Shown piece by piece: positions 9,687 through 19,534 of a stretch of 64,000 bases of DNA. A program made the position numbers and the translations under genes. The notes under the pieces are model-generated. The model saw nothing but the letters and a program-made list of their open reading frames with translations, searched no databases and had not been told where the DNA came from. The stretch comes from Waterburya sp. (GTDB lineage Bacteria > Cyanobacteriota > Cyanobacteriia > Cyanobacteriales > Xenococcaceae), in NCBI GenBank assembly GCA_965217895.1, contig CBDCJV010000002.1:4160001-4224000 (forward strand), in the 5' to 3' direction. Within the stretch, counting starts at the first letter, position 1, and each line of letters starts with the position of its first letter.

Positions 9687-11354
9687 TTAATATGTAGATC
9701 GATCTTTTGAAGAAAGTTGATTGATTTTCTCACCTAGTTTTTGTCTAGCAGAATATAAAGTTTCAGGATCTTTTGTCCAATTTAGCCAATTTTTACCAAC
9801 CTCATGAACTGTTTTCATTGTCCAGTCTTTTTCTCCTAATTTTTTGAGCAGGGAAATATATTCATAATCTTCAATACCGTCTCTAATTCTTTTTAAACGT
9901 ATTGAGGGAACAACTCCATTAATGCCGACGGGAGCGCCAGGATAAAGCAGCATTCCCTCTCCAGAAAAATTGCGATCGCCTTGTTGATAAACAGAGGGTT
10001 TACGCCAAGGATCATCAGACCAAAAGGGAAGATTACTATCATCATCACTCCAACCATCAACTTGAGAGTATAAAACTCCTGTTAAACCTAGGCTTTGAGC
10101 TATAAAACCTTGAGGAATACGAAAATTAATTGGTGGAACATCAATCTGCCATTGAGGCGAATATCCAGTTTGATGTCCAGTATAAAACCAGACTTCATCT
10201 CCTTGCTGCATTACCTCGGCAATTTGCTGCTGAGAATCTTGATACATTTGAGGCTGCACTACCCAAATATCCACATCATCATAAAATTCGGGTTTTGGTT
10301 TCATCACCACCAAGTTTTTTGCCCCCGCCTGATGAATATTATGCGCCCATTGCTTAATTGGCTGTTCAATGTTGGGGCATTTATCAATCTCATCAGCAGA
10401 ATAAACAAACTTAAGTAGCTTTGGATCGTATAAGTCAAATGCCTGTTTAATTTCTTCGACATTAGGGGCAGCACTTAATTTACAGGTGCTATAGTTGGCA
10501 CCACTCCAAAAAGGTAAACGAACAGAATTTAAACCCCATCGATCAATCAACTCTTTTTGTTTCTCAGGCTTAATACGCTTACCTGGCATAACCTTATGCT
10601 TGAGCAATTCCTTGATTAAACTTTCTCCCCGATCTTGCCAAGGATTAAAGTAAGAATTCATTGTCGGTTGTAAGGGCAACTCAAAATTCCACACGGTCAA
10701 CTCAATATTGCCCTTGCGTTCTCCGCGATCGCTAGTGACGGTATAAATTCCCTGGTATTTCCCTGGAGGAGTATCTCTAGGTACATATATATCTACCCAA
10801 ATAGGTTGATTTTTGTTTGCTGCTAAATCAAAAGGGACAGCATCAAAAGTTGCCCCTGCAAGATCTTTGCCAGTAGTCGAATCAGCGAAAGGAATTAGTC
10901 CATCAGCATACCAGCCCATGCCTGGAGTAAGATTACCAACCCAGTTTTCAGGACTAGGGCGATCGACATACACATAATGTTCTCGATATAGGGTGATGTT
11001 TTGTGCAGAAATGATCTCTTGGTCGGCGTTACGTAAATCGGATATGGCGACATCAACATTGCTCAGATATTTATTGTTTGATGTTTGAATTACAATTTGA
11101 AAAGATTCATATTCACCCCGAGCAGTCTGTAATTGGATTTTGTTTTTTTGGAGAGAATCGGCTACGCCGTTTTGTTTTAGATGAAAGTTATTTGATAGTT
11201 GATTATTATCTCGACTAATACTTTCTAGGGAGGAAGCTGCCCATATCTTAAAAGAACTAGATACATTAGTGCTTTGAACAACAAAATTATGGGTAAAAAA
11301 TACTACTACCAAAGTCAGTAAAATTAAAATTATGCTTTTAGACGATAATTTCAT
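9687..11354 (-). CDS. secreted/anchored DUF4091 (GH123-like) glycoside hydrolase
   Basis: N-terminal hydrophobic segment; ARGEYESFQ, QPIWVDIYVP..TPPGKY, DE pair (YSADE), GEGMLLYPG..PSIRLKRIRDGIEDYEY. Confidence 0.8.
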   Translation of the reverse strand: MKLSSKSIILILLTLVVVFFTHNFVVQSTNVSSSFKIWAASSLESISRDNNQLSNNFHLKQNGVADSLQKNKIQLQTARGEYESFQIVIQTSNNKYLSNVDVAISDLRNADQEIISAQNITLYREHYVYVDRPSPENWVGNLTPGMGWYADGLIPFADSTTGKDLAGATFDAVPFDLAANKNQPIWVDIYVPRDTPPGKYQGIYTVTSDRGERKGNIELTVWNFELPLQPTMNSYFNPWQDRGESLIKELLKHKVMPGKRIKPEKQKELIDRWGLNSVRLPFWSGANYSTCKLSAAPNVEEIKQAFDLYDPKLLKFVYSADEIDKCPNIEQPIKQWAHNIHQAGAKNLVVMKPKPEFYDDVDIWVVQPQMYQDSQQQIAEVMQQGDEVWFYTGHQTGYSPQWQIDVPPINFRIPQGFIAQSLGLTGVLYSQVDGWSDDDSNLPFWSDDPWRKPSVYQQGDRNFSGEGMLLYPGAPVGINGVVPSIRLKRIRDGIEDYEYISLLKKLGEKDWTMKTVHEVGKNWLNWTKDPETLYSARQKLGEKINQLSSKDRSTY

Positions 11355-11482
11355 AGTTAATTTTATTTTTAACAGCTTCGTATACTTTGAAACAAGCCTT
11401 AAATTGCCAAGCTCTAAACAGTTTTTATGGTTCTAAAATGTGAATTTTAACCGTAAATTAATTAAAATTCGCTACGTTGTTC

Positions 11483-12733
11483 TTAAATGTTTTTGAGGCT
11501 ACTTTGTCGGCTCAGATTCGCCATCACAGCGTAAGATGTCAGCAATAAAAATGAACTCATAGTTGTGTGGCTGAAAAATCCCCATAAGAGTAAAGAAAAT
11601 AAAAATGGGGCGACATTTTTTTTGTGTTCGCCCTGCGCTTTCCAAACACAAGCTAAAAGCAGTAGGGGATAAATTAAAGCACCTAAAAAGCCAAATTCTA
11701 CCATTTGATCTAAGTAAATATTATGGCATCTTTGGGGAACCCCTTCTGCCGTTCGAAAATTGGGGTTAGCTCCTGAACCTAATCCATTTCCGAGAAAAGG
11801 TTTTTTGTTAAATTTAGCCCAAGCTTCTTCAACGTGGACAAGACGTGAATTTTTTGAATCATCCTCTTGTCCTAAAGGATCTAATAAAAAATTAACCCTA
11901 GCCAGAGTTCCTTCATTAAAGAGCGTTGTGCCATCAGCAGTTTTTATATATGTCAAATTATTTATCTGAACTGACAAGATTGTGACCGCCATAAAAGCAG
12001 ATAATAACATTAATGGTATTTGAGAGCGTAGAATAACCTTATTTAAAAGATACAGCAAAACAACCAATCCCCAACCAATCATTGCTCCGCGAGAAAAAGT
12101 GCAGATAATTCCTATAAAGACAAACAAGGCAAAAAATAAACGATATTTAGGCTTAATTAAATCAATACTAAAAATTAATCCCAAAATTAATGCCACTCCA
12201 GCAGTATTGGCATCTTCGTAAAACCCTGAAGATCTTCCTGGAGCGTGTTGGAGTAAATAAAAAGATAGAGGATTAAAAAATTCCCAAATAAACATAAAAA
12301 CATTTGCCAAGGTAATAAACAAAATTGTTAATCTTGTCCATTTTAAGACTATTGAATGTTGAGAAAAAATCAGTAGCATTACAAGTAAAAATAATATCGG
12401 TCTAATCTGATCCTCAAATAGCTGCATATCAGGAATTTGCGGTAAAACTAGAATTGATAGTAAAAGAACTGCCAGATAAAAACCGCACCAAACCACAACG
12501 GGAATAGCAACGTGAATAAAACAATTTAGAATTCCCACAAACACTGGAATTCCAAGCACTATAAACAAAATAAGCCACCACAAAGGAATTCCAAGCCCTC
12601 TTCCTTCTAGATAAACATCTAATTTTGAAAAAAATATTAATATGGCAGCCACCGCCAAAAATCCTTGGTAATAAACTAAAAAAGTTTTTTTGTTTTCTAA
12701 TACTTGCGCTTCATATTTGCTAAAAATAGTCAT
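11483..12733 (-). CDS. O-antigen ligase / Wzy-like polymerase
   Basis: Multi-pass membrane protein with RSSGF...N, TFSRGAM, PFLGNGLG, HNIYL...EFG. Confidence 0.88.
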   Translation of the reverse strand: MTIFSKYEAQVLENKKTFLVYYQGFLAVAAILIFFSKLDVYLEGRGLGIPLWWLILFIVLGIPVFVGILNCFIHVAIPVVVWCGFYLAVLLLSILVLPQIPDMQLFEDQIRPILFLLVMLLIFSQHSIVLKWTRLTILFITLANVFMFIWEFFNPLSFYLLQHAPGRSSGFYEDANTAGVALILGLIFSIDLIKPKYRLFFALFVFIGIICTFSRGAMIGWGLVVLLYLLNKVILRSQIPLMLLSAFMAVTILSVQINNLTYIKTADGTTLFNEGTLARVNFLLDPLGQEDDSKNSRLVHVEEAWAKFNKKPFLGNGLGSGANPNFRTAEGVPQRCHNIYLDQMVEFGFLGALIYPLLLLACVWKAQGEHKKNVAPFLFSLLLWGFFSHTTMSSFLLLTSYAVMANLSRQSSLKNI

Positions 12734-12956
12734 TTGATTAATTAATAATTTATATACAGGATTTATGCAAAAACATTAAACATAGTAGTGAAGGATAATT
12801 AAACTAATTTCATTACCGCCCCAAATACCTCATTACCTCAAACACTACACTACCCAACAGCAGGATAATTTTATTTTCTTTTTACAAACGGTCACTTAGA
12901 GTAGAAAAATAAAGAGTCACGAAACACGATTACATCCCGTATCAGCAATATCTTTA

Positions 12957-13085
12957 TTACTTATTTCTACTTCGCCCTAGTAATTTATTTCGTAATTTCA
13001 AAATGCGATCGCGATATTTAGCTGCTTCTTCAAATTCTAAGCTTTTGCTATTCTTGTTGAGTAGAATAATGTGTTGGTAATCCAT
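12957..13085 (-). other. displaced copy A of the uvrB 3' end; possible 42-aa UVR-motif micro-ORF
   Basis: 12957-13040 matches uvrB 14684-14767 at 74/84 nt; reads [42 protein letters not shown]. Confidence 0.85.
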
Positions 13086-13157
13086 AAAGTGACGCGGGAT
13101 AGAAATATTTGTCAACACTGCAATTTCATATGGTCACTTAATTTGATCCGATATCTT

Positions 13158-13613
13158 TCACTTGTGTTTTTCCATGAACACGAACGACATATTTTTGTTG
13201 ATCTTTTCGCTGTTGAATATTTTATATCCGAGACGCTCGTAAAGACTAATATTTCGTTTGCTCTTATGACCAGTAAACAATTCAAAATGCTGTGCCTGCC
13301 CAAAGCATGATTCGATTTGCTCCATGAGTGCCGTGCCAAAACCTTGCCCTTGAAAATCAGGATGAACAATGAGCCTTTCAACATAGCAAATACTTTCCCT
13401 CTGATATCCTCTGACTGAGCCTATAATCTTGCGCTTAACTTGAACCTTTAAGAAAATTTTGCTGATAAAGTCGCTTTTTAACTCGTTTAAAGTTTGTGTC
13501 AACGGTGGAATATTGAAGTCGTTATAAAGTCGTGCCTCGCTCTGATATGCCAACTGTTGCAGTTCGAGAATAGCTGCTGCATCTTCAGGCGAAGCGTATA
13601 TAACGTTTTTCAT
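13158..13613 (-). CDS. GNAT family N-acetyltransferase
   Basis: RLIVHPDFQGQGFG acetyl-CoA motif, N..LYERLGY; ATG at 13613. Confidence 0.9.
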   Translation of the reverse strand: MKNVIYASPEDAAAILELQQLAYQSEARLYNDFNIPPLTQTLNELKSDFISKIFLKVQVKRKIIGSVRGYQRESICYVERLIVHPDFQGQGFGTALMEQIESCFGQAQHFELFTGHKSKRNISLYERLGYKIFNSEKINKNMSFVFMEKHK

Positions 13614-13860
13614 TAGTTTCAAACATTTTTCTTATTTGAGGAGGAAAAACACTATCGAGTGGAACAGTTTCGCCACTTGCAATTTCTTGTCGTACCATTG
13701 CAGCCATCTGATCCCATTGATCATCAGTCATCGTAGCAAAACTAGTTTCCCATTTGTGTTCATCTTGCAATTCAGCTAGAAGCCGAGATGCGATCGCATC
13801 TTGTTGATCGGGTAGAAGTTTTTCAATTTGAGCGATCGCCTGTTGAAGCAGTTCAGTCAT
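13585..13860 (-). CDS. small acidic protein resembling antitoxins normally paired with RelE/ParE-like toxins
   Basis: MTELLQQAIAQIEKL..DQQDAIASRLLAELQDE..W..SFA pattern; family recalled, not searched. Confidence 0.6.
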   Translation of the reverse strand: MTELLQQAIAQIEKLLPDQQDAIASRLLAELQDEHKWETSFATMTDDQWDQMAAMVRQEIASGETVPLDSVFPPQIRKMFETNEKRYIRFA

Positions 13861-13904
13861 AGTTTCAAATATATATTGCTGAATTTTAATTAAAGCTGTT
13901 TGTT

Positions 13905-13971
13905 TTAAACATTATTCCTATTATTTTTACCCAATAACTTATCTCGTAATTTCAAAATGCGATACTTAGCA
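13905..13971 (-). repeat. displaced copy B of the uvrB 3' end
   Basis: aataacttatctcgtaatttcaaaatgcgat is identical to uvrB 14706-14736; a 6-bp deletion removes the HIP1 site; reads [21 protein letters not shown]. Confidence 0.85.
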
Positions 13972-14063
13972 ACTTTTTGTAATTTTTAGGCTACGGTAAA
14001 TATCTTTAAGTCATTACTAAAGTTTCGAGTCCGTCCACTGTAAGTCTTGGTTAGCCTACTCCA

Positions 14064-14396
14064 CTAAAATAATGTAAGAATACCAGTAGTTTGGTCGCTA
14101 TTTAATGCCTTAAGATCATCATAATGATTTCGCAAAATTGCTTCAATATTGGCTGTTTTACAGTTGCCTCGTCTAATCCAAATAATTTTGGGTGGAAAGC
14201 CTTTCAATGTACAAATATCGCTAAAATCTGCATCTTTGGTAACAATTAGAAAACCTTCTTTTCGCGCATATTCCCAAACCTCAGTATCTGGAACTCGATC
14301 AAGATTTAAATTGTAAACGTGATTAGAACCAGCATAAATATCTCCCAGGCAATTTATCAATACTGGAGACAAGTTCTGATCGAAAAGCAGTTTCAC
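14064..14396 (-). CDS. DUF5615 PIN-like toxin (VapC45/Mut7-C-like)
   Basis: GTG start at 14396 (MKLLFDQNLS) overlapping the upstream stop (GTGA); D.EVWEYA, IVTKDADF, PPKIIWIRRGN. Confidence 0.9.
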   Translation of the reverse strand: MKLLFDQNLSPVLINCLGDIYAGSNHVYNLNLDRVPDTEVWEYARKEGFLIVTKDADFSDICTLKGFPPKIIWIRRGNCKTANIEAILRNHYDDLKALNSDQTTGILTLF

Positions 14397-14617
14397 GCTT
14401 TTATAACCATTAACATTTTTTCTCGGTCGGCAGCATAACTCAGGCAAGCCCGAATGTCGTCCTCAGTTATGTAGGGAAAATCTTCAAGAATTTCTTGATG
14501 AGACATGCCTGCTGCAAGATATTCCAGAATGTCGTAAACTGTAATTCTCATCCCTCGAATACAGGGTTTGCCACTCCGCTTGCCAGGTTCCATAGTTATT
14601 ATGTCTTCGTAGCTCAT
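14393..14617 (-). CDS. DUF433 antitoxin
   Basis: PGKRSGKPCIRGMRITVYDILEYLAAGMS..EILEDFP. Confidence 0.93.
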   Translation of the reverse strand: MSYEDIITMEPGKRSGKPCIRGMRITVYDILEYLAAGMSHQEILEDFPYITEDDIRACLSYAADREKMLMVIKA

Positions 14618-14683
14618 TACTTTTACCTCGCGAAACCATGCTAAGATTTGATTCTAATCTATGGAATTTTTCTAAAGTACTAT

Positions 14684-16693
14684 TTATTTATTACTTTTTC
14701 TCCCTAATAACTTATCTCGTAATTTCAAAATGCGATCGCGATATTTAGCAGCCTCTTCAAATTCTAAATCCTTGGCCGCCTGTTTCATTTTGGCTTCTAG
14801 CTGTTCTATTAAGTCAGGAATCTTTTCTAGGGGCAGATCGTAAGATTTCTCATATACTTCTTCTAGCTGTTCAGAATTCAAACGACGAGAAATATCCAGA
14901 TAAGCCAAGATCGAATTCTCTTCATTCTTGATAATTGGCTTGGGAGTAATATTATGACGCTTATTATATGCCACCTGAATATTGCGCCGTCTTTCTGTCT
15001 CTTCAATCGCCCTTGCCATACTATTAGTCAAGTTGTCAGCATACAAGATTGCCTGTCCTTGTATATGACGCGCAGCCCTACCGATGGTTTGAATAATTGA
15101 ACTTTCTGAACGCAAAAAGCCTTCTTTGTCAGCATCGAGAATTGCTACTAAAGATACTTCGGGTAAATCTAAGCCTTCCCGCAGTAAGTTAACCCCAATT
15201 AAGACATCAAACTCGCCTTTACGTAAAGCCTGAAGAATTTCGATACGTTCAATTGACTTAATCTCCGAATGCAAATACTGTACTTTTACATCTCGTTCGG
15301 CAAAATATTCGCTAAGGTCTTCCGCCATTTTCTTTGTTAGGGTAGTAATTAAAACCCGTTCTTTTTTGGCTACTCTTTCATTAATTTCGCTTAAAAGATC
15401 GTCTACCTGTCCTTCTGTAGGGCGAACCAAGATCTCAGGATCGATTACTCCTGTGGGACGAATAATTTGCTGCGCCACTCGATCTTCTGACTGTTCTAAT
15501 TCCCACTTGGCAGGAGTAGCCGAAACAAAGATGCACTGGCTCACTTTTTGCCAAAATTCATCCGCTTTGAGAGGACGATTATCCGCAGCCGAAGGCAATC
15601 TAAAGCCATGCTCAATTAAAACTTTTTTCCGCGCCTGATCGCCGTTATACATCCCCCGTAGTTGCGGTACAGTAACGTGAGACTCATCTATTACTAGTAA
15701 CCAATCGTCAGGGAAGTAATCTACCAAACATTCAGGAGGATCGCCTGGATTTTTTCCTGCTAAATGTCGAGAATAATTTTCTACGCCATTACAATATCCA
15801 ACTTCTTGTAATAGTTCTAAATCGTATCGACACCTTTGTTCTAATCTTTGTGCTTCTAATAGTTTATTATCAGTCTCAAGTTCAATTAAACGAGCTTCCA
15901 ATTCATCCTTAATATCTTGAATAGCCTTTTCTAATCTTTCTTGGGGAGTAACAAAGTGACGAGCAGGATAAATACTAACACCATTCATACTTTGCAGTAT
16001 CTCTCCCGAAACAGGATCGACATAGCGCAAAGCTTCAATCTCATCCCCAAAAAACTCAATCCGAATAATGCGATCTTCATAAGCAGGAACGATTTCTAAG
16101 ACATCTCCCTTCACCCGAAACCGCCCTCGTTCTAGTTCAATATCATTACGGGAATACTGAACTGTAACCAAATCTCGCAGTAGTTCTCGTTGATTCACTT
16201 CCATGCCTAACTTTAAAGGTACGGCTGCCTTTAAATACTCCGCAGGCATCCCCAAACCGTAAATACAGCTAATTGATGCCACCACAATGACATCTTTGCG
16301 TTCAAAAAGCGATCGCGTTGCCGAGTGACGCAACATATCAATCTCGTCGTTGATTGAGGCCGTTTTTTCAATATAAGTATCGCTAACGGGAATATATGCC
16401 TCTGGCTGATAGTAATCGTAATAGCTTACAAAATACTCCACCGCGTTATCAGGAAAAAATAGACGTAACTCGTTACACAATTGAGCAGCTAAAGTTTTAT
16501 TGTGTGCCAGAACTAAAGTCGGCTTCTGCACATTGCTAATCACGTTGGCGATCGAAAAAGTCTTACCTGTACCTGTTGCCCCTAATAAAGTCTGGAAGCG
16601 GTTGTTTGCCTGTAATGACTCCGTTAATTGCGCGATCGCACTGGGCTGATCTCCTTGGGGTTCAAAAGGTGCTTGCAGATTAAATAAGCTCAT
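14684..16693 (-). CDS. uvrB: excinuclease ABC subunit B
   Basis: [18 protein letters not shown] beta-hairpin, DESH, C-terminal UVR motif. Confidence 0.99.
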   Translation of the reverse strand: MSLFNLQAPFEPQGDQPSAIAQLTESLQANNRFQTLLGATGTGKTFSIANVISNVQKPTLVLAHNKTLAAQLCNELRLFFPDNAVEYFVSYYDYYQPEAYIPVSDTYIEKTASINDEIDMLRHSATRSLFERKDVIVVASISCIYGLGMPAEYLKAAVPLKLGMEVNQRELLRDLVTVQYSRNDIELERGRFRVKGDVLEIVPAYEDRIIRIEFFGDEIEALRYVDPVSGEILQSMNGVSIYPARHFVTPQERLEKAIQDIKDELEARLIELETDNKLLEAQRLEQRCRYDLELLQEVGYCNGVENYSRHLAGKNPGDPPECLVDYFPDDWLLVIDESHVTVPQLRGMYNGDQARKKVLIEHGFRLPSAADNRPLKADEFWQKVSQCIFVSATPAKWELEQSEDRVAQQIIRPTGVIDPEILVRPTEGQVDDLLSEINERVAKKERVLITTLTKKMAEDLSEYFAERDVKVQYLHSEIKSIERIEILQALRKGEFDVLIGVNLLREGLDLPEVSLVAILDADKEGFLRSESSIIQTIGRAARHIQGQAILYADNLTNSMARAIEETERRRNIQVAYNKRHNITPKPIIKNEENSILAYLDISRRLNSEQLEEVYEKSYDLPLEKIPDLIEQLEAKMKQAAKDLEFEEAAKYRDRILKLRDKLLGRKSNK

Positions 16694-16851
16694 TGAGAAG
16701 ATATATTTATACAGTCACATTCTTTAAAATAACGCAAATATCGGTATTAGTTCATTTGTTTTAAATTCAGAAACTATAAAATTAAAACAGTAAGCTGAAT
16801 ATCCTGATTAATCATGCCTGTAGTCAGTTTCATATCTAAATGCACTATAGT

Positions 16852-17742
16852 TCACTTAGTTTTATTTATACTGCTTCGTATAGCTTGAGTTAGCAAATCT
16901 ATCGCCAACCCAGGCAATCTTTTTTCTGGTGAGGCTGCTATGCCAACAGGTAATTCTAAATTCAGATTATTAATAGTTTTGACAACGGTGTTACGAGGTG
17001 GAGGGACAAGAACAGCTAGTGGCATGACTCCAATCCCTAAACCTGATTCAACCATACTTTGTAGAGCTTTTAAACTCATAATTTCTATCACAGAATGGGG
17101 ACTGACACCGCAGGATATAATTTCTTTTTCAAAGATTTGTCGGTAAGGACAATTAGCTTCTGTCAGTAGCAAACGTTCTTCAGATATGTCTGTTACTTCA
17201 ATCGTCTTTTTTTGACTTAGATAATGCTCTGCTGGAATTAACAACCTCATAGAGTCGTAAAACAACCTTTCAAAGCTTAAACCCAATTTTGTATCAGGGG
17301 GCGAACAGATAGCTAAGTCTAATTTACCCTCTGTAAGTCGCTGGCTAATAGTTTGAGTCACACCTGTTTCTAAGGTTAAACGTACATTGGGGTATTGACG
17401 ACAAAAAGATACTAATAAAGAAGGCAATCTTAGACTGGCAACAGGTTCTATCGAGCCGATACGCAGATGTCCAGCTTCTCCTGCAACTAATTCAGACATT
17501 TCTTTTTGCAACATTTCTGCACGGTGTAACAAAAAACTTGCATGAGTACTTAATGCTCTACCAGCCGTTGTCAGCTGAACTTTTTTGCCTCGACGTAAAA
17601 ACAATTTTGCGCCTAATTCAGTTTCTAATTGTTGAATATGCAGTGTAATAGTTGATTGCGCGTATTGAAGTTTTTCGGCTGCGTTTGAAAAGCTTCCTAC
17701 TTCCATAATTGTCTGAAAAGTTTGTAGATGACGAAATTCCAT
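16852..17742 (-). CDS. LysR family transcriptional regulator
   Basis: N-terminal HTH (GSFSNAAEKLQYAQSTIT..IQQLE.ELG..LF.R) and substrate-binding domain. Confidence 0.95.
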   Translation of the reverse strand: MEFRHLQTFQTIMEVGSFSNAAEKLQYAQSTITLHIQQLETELGAKLFLRRGKKVQLTTAGRALSTHASFLLHRAEMLQKEMSELVAGEAGHLRIGSIEPVASLRLPSLLVSFCRQYPNVRLTLETGVTQTISQRLTEGKLDLAICSPPDTKLGLSFERLFYDSMRLLIPAEHYLSQKKTIEVTDISEERLLLTEANCPYRQIFEKEIISCGVSPHSVIEIMSLKALQSMVESGLGIGVMPLAVLVPPPRNTVVKTINNLNLELPVGIAASPEKRLPGLAIDLLTQAIRSSINKTK

Positions 17743-17755
17743 CGGTAATTCTTTA

Positions 17756-17768
17756 TCAGTAAAAATGA
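17756..17768. promoter_or_regulatory. putative LysR binding box in the divergent promoter
   Basis: TCAGTAAAAATGA: T-N11-A with TCA/TGA dyad next to the LysR start. Confidence 0.45.
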
Positions 17769-17862
17769 ATTAAAACTGCATTTATTATATATTTACAAAT
17801 AAAAGACTTGAATTTACGATTATGAATAAGTTGAGAATATGTATTAAATCTAAGCAAAATTC

Positions 17863-18183
17863 ATGAACAATATCGAAAAGCTATTTTTCGCTAACTGGAA
17901 ACAGCAACCAGCGCAAGAAATATTTCCTGGTATTCAAGTTTATTCAATGTGGCAAGGAATAAACTTGAAAAAAGCTTTGGTCGTAACAATTGAAGCAGGT
18001 AGTAAGTGGCAAGGTGTAGATATCCACAAAACTAGTTCAGAAGAGATTTTTGTTGTTAGCGGTACATTTAATGATGGCGATCGCAACTATGAAGTTGGTA
18101 CATTTATTCACTATCCAGTAGGCACTAGTCACATACCACAGTCAGACACAGGATGCACTCTTTTTGTTTTTTATCCTGATTAG
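17863..18183 (+). CDS. ChrR-like cupin domain protein
   Basis: H...SEEIFVVSG.F.D, G.FIH.P.G..H.PQS..GC. Confidence 0.85.
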   Translation: MNNIEKLFFANWKQQPAQEIFPGIQVYSMWQGINLKKALVVTIEAGSKWQGVDIHKTSSEEIFVVSGTFNDGDRNYEVGTFIHYPVGTSHIPQSDTGCTLFVFYPD

Positions 18184-18277
18184 AGTTTAGCTGGCACTCT
18201 AAGGTTATATTTTTTTCTTAAGGTGATCGCTCTATTTAATCGATCCTACTCCTTGGTTAAAAGCTGATAGCTAAGAA

Positions 18278-19534
18278 CTAAGAGCTTTCTAATGCTGCAT
18301 CAGCTAAAACATTTTGCTTTGAAGTCAACAATTTTACTGCTTCTTGGTATTGCTTGTCTGCGTCTGTGGCAATTTGCGCGTAGGTAATCGGGTTTTGTGA
18401 TATGACATCGTCAGGCATAATTCCCAATTTATTGATATCTGTGTGGTTAGGAGTCTCATACTTAGCCACTGTTACGGCTAATCCTGCGCCATCAGGTAAT
18501 TCAAACAAAGATTGAATTAAACCTTTGCCAAAAGTTTTCTCACCTACCAATAATGCTCTCTCATTGTCTTGTAAAGCTCCTGCCAAGATTTCGCTAGCAC
18601 TGGCAGTACCTTGATTAACCAAAACCACTAAAGGAGCATCCGTCAGCATTCCGTCATTGGCATCAAAGCTGCCCAAGGCTCCTTGGCGGTTGACTGTATA
18701 GACAATAGTGCTATTGTTCAACCACATTCTGGCAATTTCAACCCCTGACTGTAACAAACCTCCAGGATTATTCCTTAAGTCTAAAATATAAGCTTCTGCA
18801 CCTTGTTTCTCTAATTTGCTAACTCCATGAGCAATTTCTTTGGCTGCATTGGCACTAAATTGATTGAGACGAACATAGCCAATTTTTTCATCGGTGCTGG
18901 TATCTAAGGCAGTGAAGACAGGATTAAGAGAAATGCGATCGCGTACTATATTTACAGTATGGGGTTTAGTAGCCTTATCCAAACCAGACTGCACCCGCAG
19001 GGAAACTTTAGTGCCAATAGCACCACGCATTTTTGCTGCTGCTTCATCTAGAGTAATAGTTTTGGTGTCAACTCCATCAATTTCTAAAATGCTATCTTTT
19101 GGTTGAATTCCTGCTGTTTCGGCAGGAGAGCCAGCCAAGGGAGAAATAACTTCAATCAGCTTGGTTTCGGGATTGACGTTGATCTGTAAACCAACTCCAG
19201 AAAGTTCTCCTGAAGTATTAACCTGTAAACTATGATATTGCTCTGGTCGTAGTAGTCTAGTAAAAGGATCGTCCAATTTAGCCAGCATCTCTTCGATCGC
19301 CGTATAAGTTTCGTCGCGATCACGTAGGGGCTTTTTAACAAATTTTTCCCGTAGCTTCCACCAATTTTGATGGTTGAAGCTTTCATCTACATATGACTGG
19401 TTGACAATCCGCCAAGACTGAAGCAGTAACTTTTGCTCTTCGGTAAAAGCTTGAGCCTGAGAAGTGTACCAGCCAAAAGAAGACACGAAATAGAAAAATG
19501 TTAGTAAGGCGATCGCAAAAACTTTTTTGACCAT
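18278..19534 (-). CDS. ctpA: D1 C-terminal processing protease (S41A)
   Basis: PDZ domain, LDLRNNPGG, TASASE, TFGKG; divergent from petB as in other cyanobacteria. Confidence 0.92.
   Translation of the reverse strand: MVKKVFAIALLTFFYFVSSFGWYTSQAQAFTEEQKLLLQSWRIVNQSYVDESFNHQNWWKLREKFVKKPLRDRDETYTAIEEMLAKLDDPFTRLLRPEQYHSLQVNTSGELSGVGLQINVNPETKLIEVISPLAGSPAETAGIQPKDSILEIDGVDTKTITLDEAAAKMRGAIGTKVSLRVQSGLDKATKPHTVNIVRDRISLNPVFTALDTSTDEKIGYVRLNQFSANAAKEIAHGVSKLEKQGAEAYILDLRNNPGGLLQSGVEIARMWLNNSTIVYTVNRQGALGSFDANDGMLTDAPLVVLVNQGTASASEILAGALQDNERALLVGEKTFGKGLIQSLFELPDGAGLAVTVAKYETPNHTDINKLGIMPDDVISQNPITYAQIATDADKQYQEAVKLLTSKQNVLADAALESS

Noticed and set aside
14396..14447. N-terminal extension of the PIN-like ORF in the track
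   Set aside because: It overlaps DUF433; the family start MKLLFDQN begins at GTG 14396.
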